DNA of 64,000 nucleotides from Kofleriaceae bacterium (GTDB taxonomy: Bacteria; Myxococcota_A; Polyangia; Haliangiales; Haliangiaceae), in NCBI GenBank assembly GCA_046597055.1, contig JBKJLC010000084.1, positions 28,774-92,773 of the forward strand. The letters are read 5' to 3'. The stretch's first letter is position 1; every line of letters starts with the position of its first letter. Shown here piece after piece: positions 52,545 to 61,824 of this stretch. The notes below the pieces were generated by a model, which made no database searches, was not told where the DNA came from, and saw only the letters and a program-made list of their open reading frames with translations. The position numbers and the translations under genes were made by a program.

Positions 52545-54180
52545 GATGGTTGCCAGCGCCGCCCGAAGGCGCGGCGTCGAAGTCGGGTTTCATGATCGCA
52601 TCGGGATCGAGGTACTTCGCCGTGTGCAGCTCGTCGAGCTTCTGCTTCGTCACCGCGTCGAGCCCGTCGCCGGAGCGGTTCAGTCGGTGATAGTGGGCGT
52701 ACTGCTCGGCGAACCACTCGTACGGCGATGACATCGAGTAGCTGGAGACCCGCTGGCGGTGGGCCTCGGCGTTGTAGGAGCACAGCGATTCGCTGGCGCG
52801 GGTCAGGAACACGTAGACGCGATCATCCTCGCCGATGTTGGCGTCTCCTGCGAACTTGTAGAGGCCCTTGCGGTCCTCGCCGCGCATCACCCGGTCCCAG
52901 TACTTGGTCAGCTTCTGATCTGCGTAGTGCTTGCGGATGAACGCGTCGACGTCCTGGACCTTGCGGAAGCCGGGCGTGGTGACCTGGTACGGCTTGCCTG
53001 CGATGCGGTGAGCCATGTACTTCCGCGCCTCGCTGGCGTCGAGCACGTCGGCTTGGTCGCCGAGTTGCTCCCACACGCGCTGCTTCAGGTCCCCGTCGCT
53101 GCCCCACAGCCCCTTCGACCAGTCGTCCTCGCTCGTCCCGGTCTGCCAGCCCACGAAGGGATGGCTCATGGTCCAGGCGTTGCCGTCCAGCTCCTGGCCG
53201 ACACCGTGTCCCACCTCGTGCAGGACGCCGACATCGAAGTGGTTGATCGCGTTGCCGCCCTTCTTGCCGCCGCCGGTCATGTTGTGGTCGGTGCCACCAC
53301 CGTCCCTGGCCGAGGTCGAGCTCTCGTTGAGGATGACGTGCCGGTCGTGCCACCAGGCGTTGCGGAGCGGCTTCCACTCGGTGGCGGTGCGCTCCTTCTC
53401 CTCGAATCCGATCGCGAAGTCTTTCACGGTGCGGGCGTGCTGGAGCGGCAGGTTCTCCGAGATCTGCGTGTAGAGCCGGTGGATCCACTCCATCTTCCAC
53501 GGGCGCGTGCGGACGAGCGTGGGGTCGTAGGCGTCGTCGCGCAGCGGCGCGTAGAGGTGCGCGAAGAGCTTCTTCGCGACCTCCATGTCGTCGTAGGTCA
53601 TGACGACCTTGCCGACGCTCCTGGCTTCCTCCTCGTTCATCGTATCGCGGGGGGGAAGCGTCCCCAGAAAGTCCTGCCACAGGACAGGGTGGCGGGCGAT
53701 CGACGCCAGCCAGTCATTCTGGGCTGACTTGTCGCGGAGGATCGCGCGCAGCAGGTCGGGGCGGTCACCAAACGTCAGGCCGGTGTCCGCCATGATGGTG
53801 AGGAGATACGTGCCCAGCACGCGCTTGATCTGTTCGAGCTCACGCTCGATGGTCGCGCCCTGGGACCATCGGATCCGCTGGGCGGGCGCGACCGTGTGCC
53901 AGGTCTGCATGGCCCGCTGACGGTCGCTTGCATCGAGTGCGGCGCGAAACGCGGCGATGTCGTCGGAGATCTCGGTCGGTTCCGCTGGTCGCAGGTTCTC
54001 CGGCAGACCGCCGTCCAGATTGAGCACCCTGGGGCGCATCGACAGATCGGCGGGGACGGGCGCATCCTTTTTCTGGACGATGCCCTGGGTCACTGTGCGC
54101 TTGCCAGCCGCCGTCGCGCGGCCGCCGCTGGCGCCGCTGCTGGCGGCTTCGCCGCCCGGCCGGTGATCCTTGGGCGCCAT
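52519..54180 (-). CDS. zincin metallopeptidase, candidate secreted effector/toxin
   Basis: Low-complexity N-terminus with GKRTVTQ..VQKK, LHEVGHG, VSSYSMSSPYEWFAE. No signal peptide. Confidence 0.75.
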   Translation of the reverse strand: MAPKDHRPGGEAASSGASGGRATAAGKRTVTQGIVQKKDAPVPADLSMRPRVLNLDGGLPENLRPAEPTEISDDIAAFRAALDASDRQRAMQTWHTVAPAQRIRWSQGATIERELEQIKRVLGTYLLTIMADTGLTFGDRPDLLRAILRDKSAQNDWLASIARHPVLWQDFLGTLPPRDTMNEEEARSVGKVVMTYDDMEVAKKLFAHLYAPLRDDAYDPTLVRTRPWKMEWIHRLYTQISENLPLQHARTVKDFAIGFEEKERTATEWKPLRNAWWHDRHVILNESSTSARDGGGTDHNMTGGGKKGGNAINHFDVGVLHEVGHGVGQELDGNAWTMSHPFVGWQTGTSEDDWSKGLWGSDGDLKQRVWEQLGDQADVLDASEARKYMAHRIAGKPYQVTTPGFRKVQDVDAFIRKHYADQKLTKYWDRVMRGEDRKGLYKFAGDANIGEDDRVYVFLTRASESLCSYNAEAHRQRVSSYSMSSPYEWFAEQYAHYHRLNRSGDGLDAVTKQKLDELHTAKYLDPDAIMKPDFDAAPSGGAGNHHDRPPFPW

Positions 54181-54266
54181 CGGGCGATCATACCAGCCTG
54201 GAACTCACCATCGAGCCCCGGTTGGAGTCTGCCTGGTCGCGCCCTCCCTCCGCTGCGACACCCCGC

Positions 54267-54764
54267 TCAGCGGCAGCGCTGGTCCGTACACTGCGGCTCG
54301 CAGCTGCCAGGACCGCACCGCCGCGGGAGCCGGCAGCCGGTGCTGCGGAACCGCGCGGCGAGGTCGTTCAGCGCCCGGGCGCTGGTCGCGTCGGTGATGC
54401 CCGCGCACTGCGGCGAGTCCACGATCGACGTGAAGCAGCCGCAGTCGTCGGCGGTGGTGCACGCGCCCTTGGCCGCCGCGAGTCGCTGCTCGAAGGCCGC
54501 GGTCAGGTCGCTGCCGGTCGAGGCTGCCGCGGTCGGCCGGCTGGCATCCGGCGCGGTCGCGCGGGCGGGGCCGGCGTCGACCGGCGTGGCGGCCCCGGCG
54601 TCGATCGCCGTGGTGGCGCCGGCGTCGATCGCCACGGCTGATCCGCTCGCGACGCTCGCGCCGGTGGGGGCACGCTTCAGCGCGCGGTCGGACCGGCGCT
54701 CGTCGCCGCCGCTGCGCGCGCACGAGCAGAGGACCGCGATCCACAGCAGCGATGCGCGCGTCAT
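54267..54764 (-). CDS. Cys-rich lipoprotein
   Basis: VLCSC lipobox, repeated IDAGA linker, CTTADDCGC...C...C...C domain. Confidence 0.7.
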   Translation of the reverse strand: MTRASLLWIAVLCSCARSGGDERRSDRALKRAPTGASVASGSAVAIDAGATTAIDAGAATPVDAGPARATAPDASRPTAAASTGSDLTAAFEQRLAAAKGACTTADDCGCFTSIVDSPQCAGITDATSARALNDLAARFRSTGCRLPRRCGPGSCEPQCTDQRCR

Positions 54765-54894
54765 GGCGGGGTCGCGGGATCGGGCAGGCAGGCGAGATCG
54801 AGCTCGGCGAGCGCGCAAATATACGGGGCGACTGTCGCCTTTTGCCCCCGTGCACGGGCGTTCATCCTTCGATCCTCATCGGCTCGCGTGTCGT

Positions 54895-55764
54895 TCAGGC
54901 GTCGTGCCGCCGCGTACGGGCGAGCACATGAAGCGTGCGGGCGAAGTCGGCGAGCGTCGGACCCGCTGGGTCCGGGCTGAGCGCGGGGGTGAGGTCGCGG
55001 GCGGCTGAGGGCAGCTGGACGTGCTCGCCTCGGCAGAGGCGGTTGTAGCCATAGGCGCCATCGCCTTCCTCGTACGGGTAGCGGCCGAGGCGCCACTCGG
55101 CGGCCATCACCGCGAGGGTGAGCACCAGGGCTCGCGCGTCGTAGCGCTCGCCGCGGTTGACCTCGGGCGCGAGGTAGCGGCGTGTGTAGAGCGGCGCCGT
55201 GCGCAGGTCGCGGCGGCGATAGGCGGCGGTGAAGATGTCGTCGTTGCGCCCGCCGAGGCCGGTGACCTCGGGCCCGGTGGGGCGGTTCACCACCCACACG
55301 TACTCCGGGCGCAAGCCGACGTCGAAAACGCCGTCGGCAGCCGCGGCAAGCAGCTTCTCGGCCACCTGTGCACCGAGGAGGAACGCGTTCGGCTCGGTCG
55401 GAATCTTCGTTAGCGGCAGCGGCCAGCCCGGTGGCACCCGCTCGACGTAGCCGACGGTCGTGCGCCGCTCCTGATCGCCCGCGCCGCCGTCGATGCCCTG
55501 CTCGTCCCACATGCTGCGACCGAGCAGCGTCTCGACCTGAGAAGACTCGTAGGTGGGGATGTAGTGGATACGGTCGAGCGCCGCGACCGTCGGCTCGACG
55601 GCCCGCAGGTCGACCAACCAGCCGTGGGCAAACACCAGGTCGGCGAAACTGTAGCGGTGGCAGGTCTCGCATGTCCACGTTGCCAGCACGTGCGCTGGTT
55701 CGCTCGCTCGTGGTGCCCGCACTAGATGCGAATGCGTGGCGAAGTCGTCGCCGACGTGCACCAT
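54895..55764 (-). CDS. hypothetical protein: CxxC domain + kinase C-lobe-like domain
   Basis: WTCETC, then RYLAPE..RGERYDARA...GRYPY. No HRD or DFG. May be 5'-truncated. Confidence 0.55.
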   Translation of the reverse strand: MVHVGDDFATHSHLVRAPRASEPAHVLATWTCETCHRYSFADLVFAHGWLVDLRAVEPTVAALDRIHYIPTYESSQVETLLGRSMWDEQGIDGGAGDQERRTTVGYVERVPPGWPLPLTKIPTEPNAFLLGAQVAEKLLAAAADGVFDVGLRPEYVWVVNRPTGPEVTGLGGRNDDIFTAAYRRRDLRTAPLYTRRYLAPEVNRGERYDARALVLTLAVMAAEWRLGRYPYEEGDGAYGYNRLCRGEHVQLPSAARDLTPALSPDPAGPTLADFARTLHVLARTRRHDA

Positions 55765-56009
55765 CGCGATGATTGCGATGGTGCGGGTCCCGCCGTGTCA
55801 CGCCTTCCATGCCAAACCGGGTTCGGCACACCCTGCGCTCGAGCGCCAACGCGAGGCCGCGGTTGCCGGCCATGCCGGCGGCCCGTCGCCGATCCGGCCC
55901 GATGCTCGCCGCCAGCGCGCGAGCGCCGGTGCTGACGCGACCCGGTCGCACGACGAAAGTGCGCGGCGCAGCTACGGCGATGTGGCCGTGCAAGCTGTCT
56001 GGATCCGCG

Positions 56010-56308
56010 GGGTGCCCGGCCGTGGTCGTCCTTCAGCTTGCGCCGCATGTGGTTGTAGTCCGAGCGCACCTTGACCCGCCGGAAGCCGCGCGCGCGCGCG
56101 CGCGCGTGAGCGCTCGGTACACGGCGAATAGCTCGATCTCGCTCGCGGCCACGTCGGCGTGGACCTCGGCGATGCGCGCGACCACGGGTCCGGCGCGACC
56201 AGGCCGATTCGTGACGTGAAGGACGATGCCGATGCCGGTCGCAGCGCGGTCCGCTCGATAGGACGCATCGACGAACGCGGTCAGGGTGATCGGGCGTATC
56301 GCGGTCAC
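56010..56308 (-). pseudogene. frameshifted RNase H-like gene
   Basis: AFVDAS...GIGIV...ELFAV.RAL then, in another frame, RGFRRVKVRSD. The break lies in a (CG)10 tract and the 3' end is unclear. Confidence 0.65.
56087..56106. repeat. (CG)10 dinucleotide tract
   Basis: 20 nt of perfect CG repeat read directly from the sequence. Confidence 0.85.
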
Positions 56309-56418
56309 GAGCCAAGCGCCCGCGCTGGCTGCTTCAACCAGGCCAGGTCGCCCGCCCACGTCTTGCGCTCCGTGGTCTCGCGGGCGATCTGGTCGATGGC
56401 GTGCGCGTCCGGTGTCAT
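56305..56418 (-). CDS. 37-aa ORF coupled at both ends
   Basis: MTPDAHAIDQIARETTERKTWAGDLAWLKQPARALGS*. ATGA overlap with the upstream stop and GTGA overlap with the RNase H-like start. Confidence 0.4.
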   Translation of the reverse strand: MTPDAHAIDQIARETTERKTWAGDLAWLKQPARALGS

Positions 56419-57581
56419 CGCCACGCCCCGTCGTCGCTCCACGGCTCGCGAGCGCGGACCGCCGACAACTGCGGGCGCAGGTCCTGATGATCGGTCGGAT
56501 CGAGTCGCACGACTTGCTCGAGCACGCGCTCGGCCTCGTCCCAGCGTCCGAGCCGCCACAGACACGAGGCGAGGCCAGCCAGGCAGCTCAAGAACGGCCG
56601 GTTGCCGACCAGGCCCCAGGGCAGCACGCCCTCGAAGCCGTCACCGATGGAGAGCTCCCCGATCCGGCCGCCGACCTCGTAGTGGTGGAGCGCCCATTCC
56701 GGGCTGAAGCCCAGCAACCGGTTGCCGAGATACGTGTGGGCGTCGAGGTAGCGCAGGTCGAGCTCGAGCAGCTTCGCGGCGGCTTCGTCATCCAACAACA
56801 GCGCCGCGCCGATCGCCGGCAACTCCATCTCGAACGAAGGACGCCGGCCGCGCGTGAGGATCGAGGCGACCCAGGCGTCGAGCGGCGGATCGCCCCAGTC
56901 GTGGTCCGCGGGATCCCAGTCGCCGATCCCACGAAGCGCGAGGGGCACCAGTCCGAGCGCGGTCGCATCGATCCGGGTGCCGACGATCCGCCCCGACAGA
57001 TACGGGTGGCCGGCGTGCCGCCAGTGCTTGTTGGGCTGCACCGTGGCGATCTGACCTGCGACCACGCGATGCAGGCTGCCAGCGCGCAGCGTGATCACGC
57101 GCTCGCTCCCCAGCAGCCGGCAGCGGGCGGCGCGCTCCTTGACCGCGAGCACGACGAGGTCGACCGGCTTCGACAGGTCGAGGTCGTCCTCGCTGGCCTT
57201 GTGCTGGCGGCCGCGTGGTGCGGCGGTCGAGCCGCTCGCGGCGGGCACGACCCCGAGCCATGCGCGATACGCCGCGAGGTAGCGGATGGCGGGCGTTCCC
57301 GCGCGCATCGCGACGTCCGCGAGCCCGATGCGGTGCTCGGCGCCGTCGTCGCGGCGGACCCGGGCGACCAGCCCACGGCGCGGGTTGCCGTCGTACTCGA
57401 CCGCGACGAGCACCAGCGGCTCACCCACCACGTGGACGTCCGCGGGCAGCTCGAGCTCGTCGCTGAGCACTCGGTGCAGCGCGCGCAGCTGCGCGTCCTC
57501 CCCGGTTGCCTCGGCGAGGATCCGGGTGAGGAGCTGCGCGCCGCTCGCTGGCTCGCGGGTCGCGCTGGCCGCCCCGGTCAC
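56415..57581 (-). CDS. CcbP-like N-terminal domain + TPR-like protein
   Basis: LELPADVHVVGE...RGLVARVRR...YRAWLG, then LDAHTYLGN...LPWGLVGNRPFL...LDPTDHQ. Start uncertain. Confidence 0.65.
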   Translation of the reverse strand: MTGAASATREPASGAQLLTRILAEATGEDAQLRALHRVLSDELELPADVHVVGEPLVLVAVEYDGNPRRGLVARVRRDDGAEHRIGLADVAMRAGTPAIRYLAAYRAWLGVVPAASGSTAAPRGRQHKASEDDLDLSKPVDLVVLAVKERAARCRLLGSERVITLRAGSLHRVVAGQIATVQPNKHWRHAGHPYLSGRIVGTRIDATALGLVPLALRGIGDWDPADHDWGDPPLDAWVASILTRGRRPSFEMELPAIGAALLLDDEAAAKLLELDLRYLDAHTYLGNRLLGFSPEWALHHYEVGGRIGELSIGDGFEGVLPWGLVGNRPFLSCLAGLASCLWRLGRWDEAERVLEQVVRLDPTDHQDLRPQLSAVRAREPWSDDGAWR

Positions 57582-57723
57582 GAGATCTCCGGCAGCGCGC
57601 GCGATGCCTCGATGTGGCGGCGCCTGGCGACGATGGGATCGAGGTCCAACACGGCGCCGCACGCTGGCACGAGGGTCTGACGCGGCCAGGTCAGGATGGC
57701 CGCGTCAGGCCCCAACGCCGGGC

Positions 57724-60363
57724 TCACGACGCGTCGGTGTTGGCGGCGCTGGAGGTCACCGTCGTCGCCGCGCCCTCCGCGTCGAGCGCCGCGGCGCCGG
57801 CCTCGGCCCATGCGGCCAGCTCGATCGCGGGCGCCGGCCGCGCCGGCGCGCAGGCGGCGAGCAAGGCGGCGGCCATGTCGGCGGCGGTCGCGAAGCGGTC
57901 GCTCGGGTCGAGCGCGAGCGCGCGGGCGGCGACCTCCGCCACCGCCGCAGGCACGGTCGCCTCGAGCCCGGCCCGTGCCTCGCGGGCCGCGACGCCGGCG
58001 GTCGCGGGCGCGACGGCGACGCCGAGACACTCCAGCAGCAACACGCCGGTGCTGTAGAGGTCGGAGCGGGCATCGAGCGGCTGGGCCCGGGCCTGCTCGG
58101 GCGACATGTACGCCGGCGTGCCCCGGACCACGCCGGTCCGGGTCACGTCGCTGCGCGCCGTGCTGCGCGCGATGCCGAAGTCGACCACCTTGACCTCGCC
58201 GGCGTTGCTGACCAGCACGTTGCTGGGCGTGATGTCGCGGTGGATCAGCCCGAGCCACCGACCGTGGACGTCGGTCGCGCGATGGGCGTAGTCGAGCGCG
58301 GTCAGGAGGGGCGCGACCACCGCCAGCATGATCGGCAGGGGCATCGCGCGGCGACCGGCCAGGAGCGTGCGGAGCGGCCAGCCGTCGACGTACTCCATGG
58401 CGATGAAGTAGCCGCCCTGGTGTCGTCCGACCTCGACGATCTGCACGATGCCGGGATGGCGGAGCGCGGCCGCGACGCGGGCCTCGTGCAGGAACATCGC
58501 GACGTGCTCGGCGTCGTCGGCGATCCGGGGCAAGGGACGCTTCAGCGCGACCCGCCGCTCGAAGCCGCCGGGGCCGATCTGCCAGGCCAGGTGGACCTCG
58601 GCGTTGCCCCCCACGCCGAGGCGGCGCTCGACCCGGTACGCGCCGACCGCGCCCTCGCGGTGCTGGCCTTCGAGGGCGATGCCGACCTGGGTCGCGACGG
58701 TCGCCAGGTAGCCCTGCTCGGCCTCGTCGTAGGCGAGCGCCGATCGGCGGACGCCGATGCCGACGAAGCCGCTGACGACGCCGTGCATGTGGACCGGGGC
58801 GACCACGGCGAGGTTGAGCTCGCTCAGGGCGATCTGGGCCGCCGGCGGCATCGCGCTCGCGGTACACACGCCTACCCCCCAGACCCGGCCGACCCGGATC
58901 GCCGCGCCGAGGTCGCCGTCGCGGCGCACGGGCGCCCGCTCCGGGCCCGGCTGGCCCCAGCCGTCCTGGCGCTGATAGGCGTCGCCCGACGCTGCCAGCA
59001 GCCACAGCTCGACGTGCTCGGCGTGCAGGACCTGGAGCGCGCCGTGTGCCGCGGCCAGCGCGGCGGCGCTGTCACCGGCCGACACCAAGCGCGTCAGCTC
59101 GGACAGCGCCCGCCGCGACTCCTCGAGGTGCAGCTGCGCCCGGAGGAAGCGGCGGTCGAGGCTGCGGCGCAACCCGCGGTAGAGCCGGGTCATCCCCAGC
59201 GCCACCAGTGCGGTCGTCGTGACCCGCAGCAGCGGTGAGCCCGCCAGGCTGCGCTCGAACAGCAGCGGGACCGCGATCAGACCCAGCACGCAGGCGACGA
59301 CGATCGCGCCGATCGCCAGCAGGTAGTTGATCAGGGCCGCGGCCAGGCGATCGGCGCCGAGCGTGTTGTAGCGCAGCACCGCGGTGGCCATCATGGCCGG
59401 GTAGAACAGCACCGGCACCGCGTTGAGATGGGTCACCCACTTCGCGTTCGGCAGGGCCCGGGTCACGAAGACGATCAGGGGCAGCCACAAGCCGACCGCC
59501 AGGCCGACCAGCAGCGTGCGGTACTGCGCGGCGAGCGCCCGGTCGCGGCGGCGGGTCGTGTACCAGCCATGCGACAGGTGCACGGTGCCGATCGCGCACC
59601 CGATCATCGCCCACAGGCTGCCCCACACCCAGTGGTGGGCCGCTGCCACGGGATCGAGCGCCAGGCCGGTGACGATCACGACGACCGCGGGCAGGTAGAT
59701 CGCCGCGATCACGGCGCGGCCGCGATCGCGGCGGTGGCGCGAGGGCAACTCGCAGGTGAGCAGATGGAGGCCGAGGCTGGCCGACAACGCGAACGAGGCG
59801 TGGAGGAGGTGCGGCCGGATCGTCAGGTTGCGGCTGGCCGCGACGATGACCAGCAACATCATCGCCAGCCAGAACGTGAAGGCGAGGAACAGCCAGCTCG
59901 CGCGACTGCCGGGGCGCAGGAGGAAGCAGAGCGCGCCGAGCACCACGCACATCGCGCCGGCGAGGATGCGGCCACCGAGCGCGACGGCGTGGAGCGGCGG
60001 CAACGGCCGGGCCCGGACCGGCAGGGTGACCTCGCGATCGCCGCGCCGAAACGTCATCGTCGCCGGGCCCGCGAGCGGGGCCTCGCTGACGAACATCTCG
60101 ACGTACGTGGACGAGATCCGGACGCCGCCGACCGCGACCAGGCGATCGCCGGGCGCCACCCCCGGCCACCGCGCGTCGGCGCGCTCCACGAAGGTCCCGT
60201 CGAGCTCGAGGCCGGCGGTATCGAGGCCGCGCATGCCGACCGCGATCGCGACCGCGATCGCGACCAGCACGACCCCGGCGAGCACGATCGCCGCGGCGAC
60301 GCTCACCCACCGCGTCCGCAGCAGGCGCCCGGTCAACGAGGCGGTATCGAGGGTCGACGTCAT
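57724..60363 (-). CDS. membrane Ser/Thr kinase, paralog of 30524-33175
   Basis: Same domain order, identical YRVERRLGVGGNAEVHLAWQIGPGGFERRVALKRPLPR, HRDITPSN, DFG. Confidence 0.88.
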   Translation of the reverse strand: MTSTLDTASLTGRLLRTRWVSVAAAIVLAGVVLVAIAVAIAVGMRGLDTAGLELDGTFVERADARWPGVAPGDRLVAVGGVRISSTYVEMFVSEAPLAGPATMTFRRGDREVTLPVRARPLPPLHAVALGGRILAGAMCVVLGALCFLLRPGSRASWLFLAFTFWLAMMLLVIVAASRNLTIRPHLLHASFALSASLGLHLLTCELPSRHRRDRGRAVIAAIYLPAVVVIVTGLALDPVAAAHHWVWGSLWAMIGCAIGTVHLSHGWYTTRRRDRALAAQYRTLLVGLAVGLWLPLIVFVTRALPNAKWVTHLNAVPVLFYPAMMATAVLRYNTLGADRLAAALINYLLAIGAIVVACVLGLIAVPLLFERSLAGSPLLRVTTTALVALGMTRLYRGLRRSLDRRFLRAQLHLEESRRALSELTRLVSAGDSAAALAAAHGALQVLHAEHVELWLLAASGDAYQRQDGWGQPGPERAPVRRDGDLGAAIRVGRVWGVGVCTASAMPPAAQIALSELNLAVVAPVHMHGVVSGFVGIGVRRSALAYDEAEQGYLATVATQVGIALEGQHREGAVGAYRVERRLGVGGNAEVHLAWQIGPGGFERRVALKRPLPRIADDAEHVAMFLHEARVAAALRHPGIVQIVEVGRHQGGYFIAMEYVDGWPLRTLLAGRRAMPLPIMLAVVAPLLTALDYAHRATDVHGRWLGLIHRDITPSNVLVSNAGEVKVVDFGIARSTARSDVTRTGVVRGTPAYMSPEQARAQPLDARSDLYSTGVLLLECLGVAVAPATAGVAAREARAGLEATVPAAVAEVAARALALDPSDRFATAADMAAALLAACAPARPAPAIELAAWAEAGAAALDAEGAATTVTSSAANTDAS

Positions 60364-60736
60364 CAGCAGTGACGAGGGGCAGGGCTGGCCTGGACCAGCC
60401 AATGAACTCTACCGTCCAGGGCAGGCCGCGGCATAGAGTGGCAAGCCAAGGCGCCATCGCTTCTCCCCCCGCTGGCGCTTCACGTCGCCTGGCCGCCTGG
60501 ACGCGTCTCAGCCATCGTTCGCACACCGTGTGGGGACCGCGCGTATTGCCGCGTGCCAGCATCCGCCGCATCGTCCCGAGCCTTCGCTGCGGCTTCGTCC
60601 GTTCCGTCTCGCGTCGGTCGTGCTCGTTCGCGGTCGCGGGGCCACGTTCGCGTCCTGGCACGGCGGCGCGCCTCCTGGCGCGGCGGTGACTGCCGTTCGC
60701 GGTGCGGGCGCGCGACCTCCCGGTTGCCGTGCGGGG

Positions 60737-61642
60737 TCACCAGAACGCTTCGCCGCGGTGGACCCAGGACAGGCCGCCGGCCATGGGCATGTCGCCGCCG
60801 GAGCGCAGGGGCTTGGCCCGGAGCCAGAGCTGGAGCGTCGAGGGGCAGACGTGCGCGGTGAGGTAGCGGGTCGCGAATGGCCCCTCCTCCTCGCAGCGGT
60901 GGATGGCGAGGCGCAGCTCGCCGCCGAAGCTGCTGATCTCGTGGTCGGACGGTCGCCACAGGCCCGTCGCGAACAGCCCCACGTCGATGGTGTTGCGCAC
61001 GATGGTGCGGACGCCGAGGTCGGCGCGCGCGTCGACGCGGGTGCTGGCGTCCGGAGACCAGCGGCCGCGCAGCTCCATGCCGCCGGCGACGATCACGCCG
61101 GTGAAGCGGCGGTTGCGGTGGAGCTCGAGGTAGCCCTGGACCGGCAGCGCCGCCGCGATGCGACCGGCCGCGGCGTCCCGGGGCGAGCTCGGGAGGAGCA
61201 GACGCGACTCGAGCAGCGAGCCCTCGAGGCGCGCGGCGACGCGGAGGCCGCGGCCCTCGAGCCGCTCGCCGAAGCGCAGCCCGAGCTCGCCGAACGGACC
61301 CATCTCGACCGCCTGCGCGTCCCGCCACACCTGCACGCCGGCGCGCGCGGAGAACGGGCGTCGCGCGGCATCGATGTCGACCTGGAGGCGCCCCGCGATG
61401 ATCGGGCCTTCCTCTGGCGTCGCCGGCGCCACACCGAGCAAGGCCACCGACGTGTGGACGTCGTGCGAGGGCAACCGGACATCGGCGCGCGCGCGCGTCG
61501 CGAGGAGCAGGGTCGCGGCGGCGACCGCGACGGCGGCCGGGGTTCGAGAGCTCCGCGTCCGCGGCGGGGACCGACCGGGCGACGGCAGGGCGTCACGCAG
61601 GCTGCCGGTCGGCGGCCGCGAACAGGGTAGAACTGGGGTCAT
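60737..61642 (-). CDS. hypothetical exported protein, possibly beta-barrel
   Basis: AAVAVAAATLLLATRARA signal-like segment, alternating amphipathic beta strands, C-terminal W. Start uncertain. Confidence 0.5.
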   Translation of the reverse strand: MTPVLPCSRPPTGSLRDALPSPGRSPPRTRSSRTPAAVAVAAATLLLATRARADVRLPSHDVHTSVALLGVAPATPEEGPIIAGRLQVDIDAARRPFSARAGVQVWRDAQAVEMGPFGELGLRFGERLEGRGLRVAARLEGSLLESRLLLPSSPRDAAAGRIAAALPVQGYLELHRNRRFTGVIVAGGMELRGRWSPDASTRVDARADLGVRTIVRNTIDVGLFATGLWRPSDHEISSFGGELRLAIHRCEEEGPFATRYLTAHVCPSTLQLWLRAKPLRSGGDMPMAGGLSWVHRGEAFW

Positions 61643-61824
61643 GGCGTGGCGAGACGTGGCGCGGGCGCGCACATTCAACCCGCATGGCGTGAACCGGCGT
61701 GCGGCCGACCAGGTCCGGGCGGCGACACCCGCGTGCACCGCTGCACGTGCGTGACGCCGAGCGCCCTGCGCGCCGACCGCTCCACTCGACCGCAACCGAA
61801 TGCCGCGGCGGTTGTCCCACCGCC

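Noticed and set aside
56010..56308. RNase H fold as a transposase or retron component
   Set aside because: No reverse transcriptase, terminal inverted repeats or long DDE ORF nearby.
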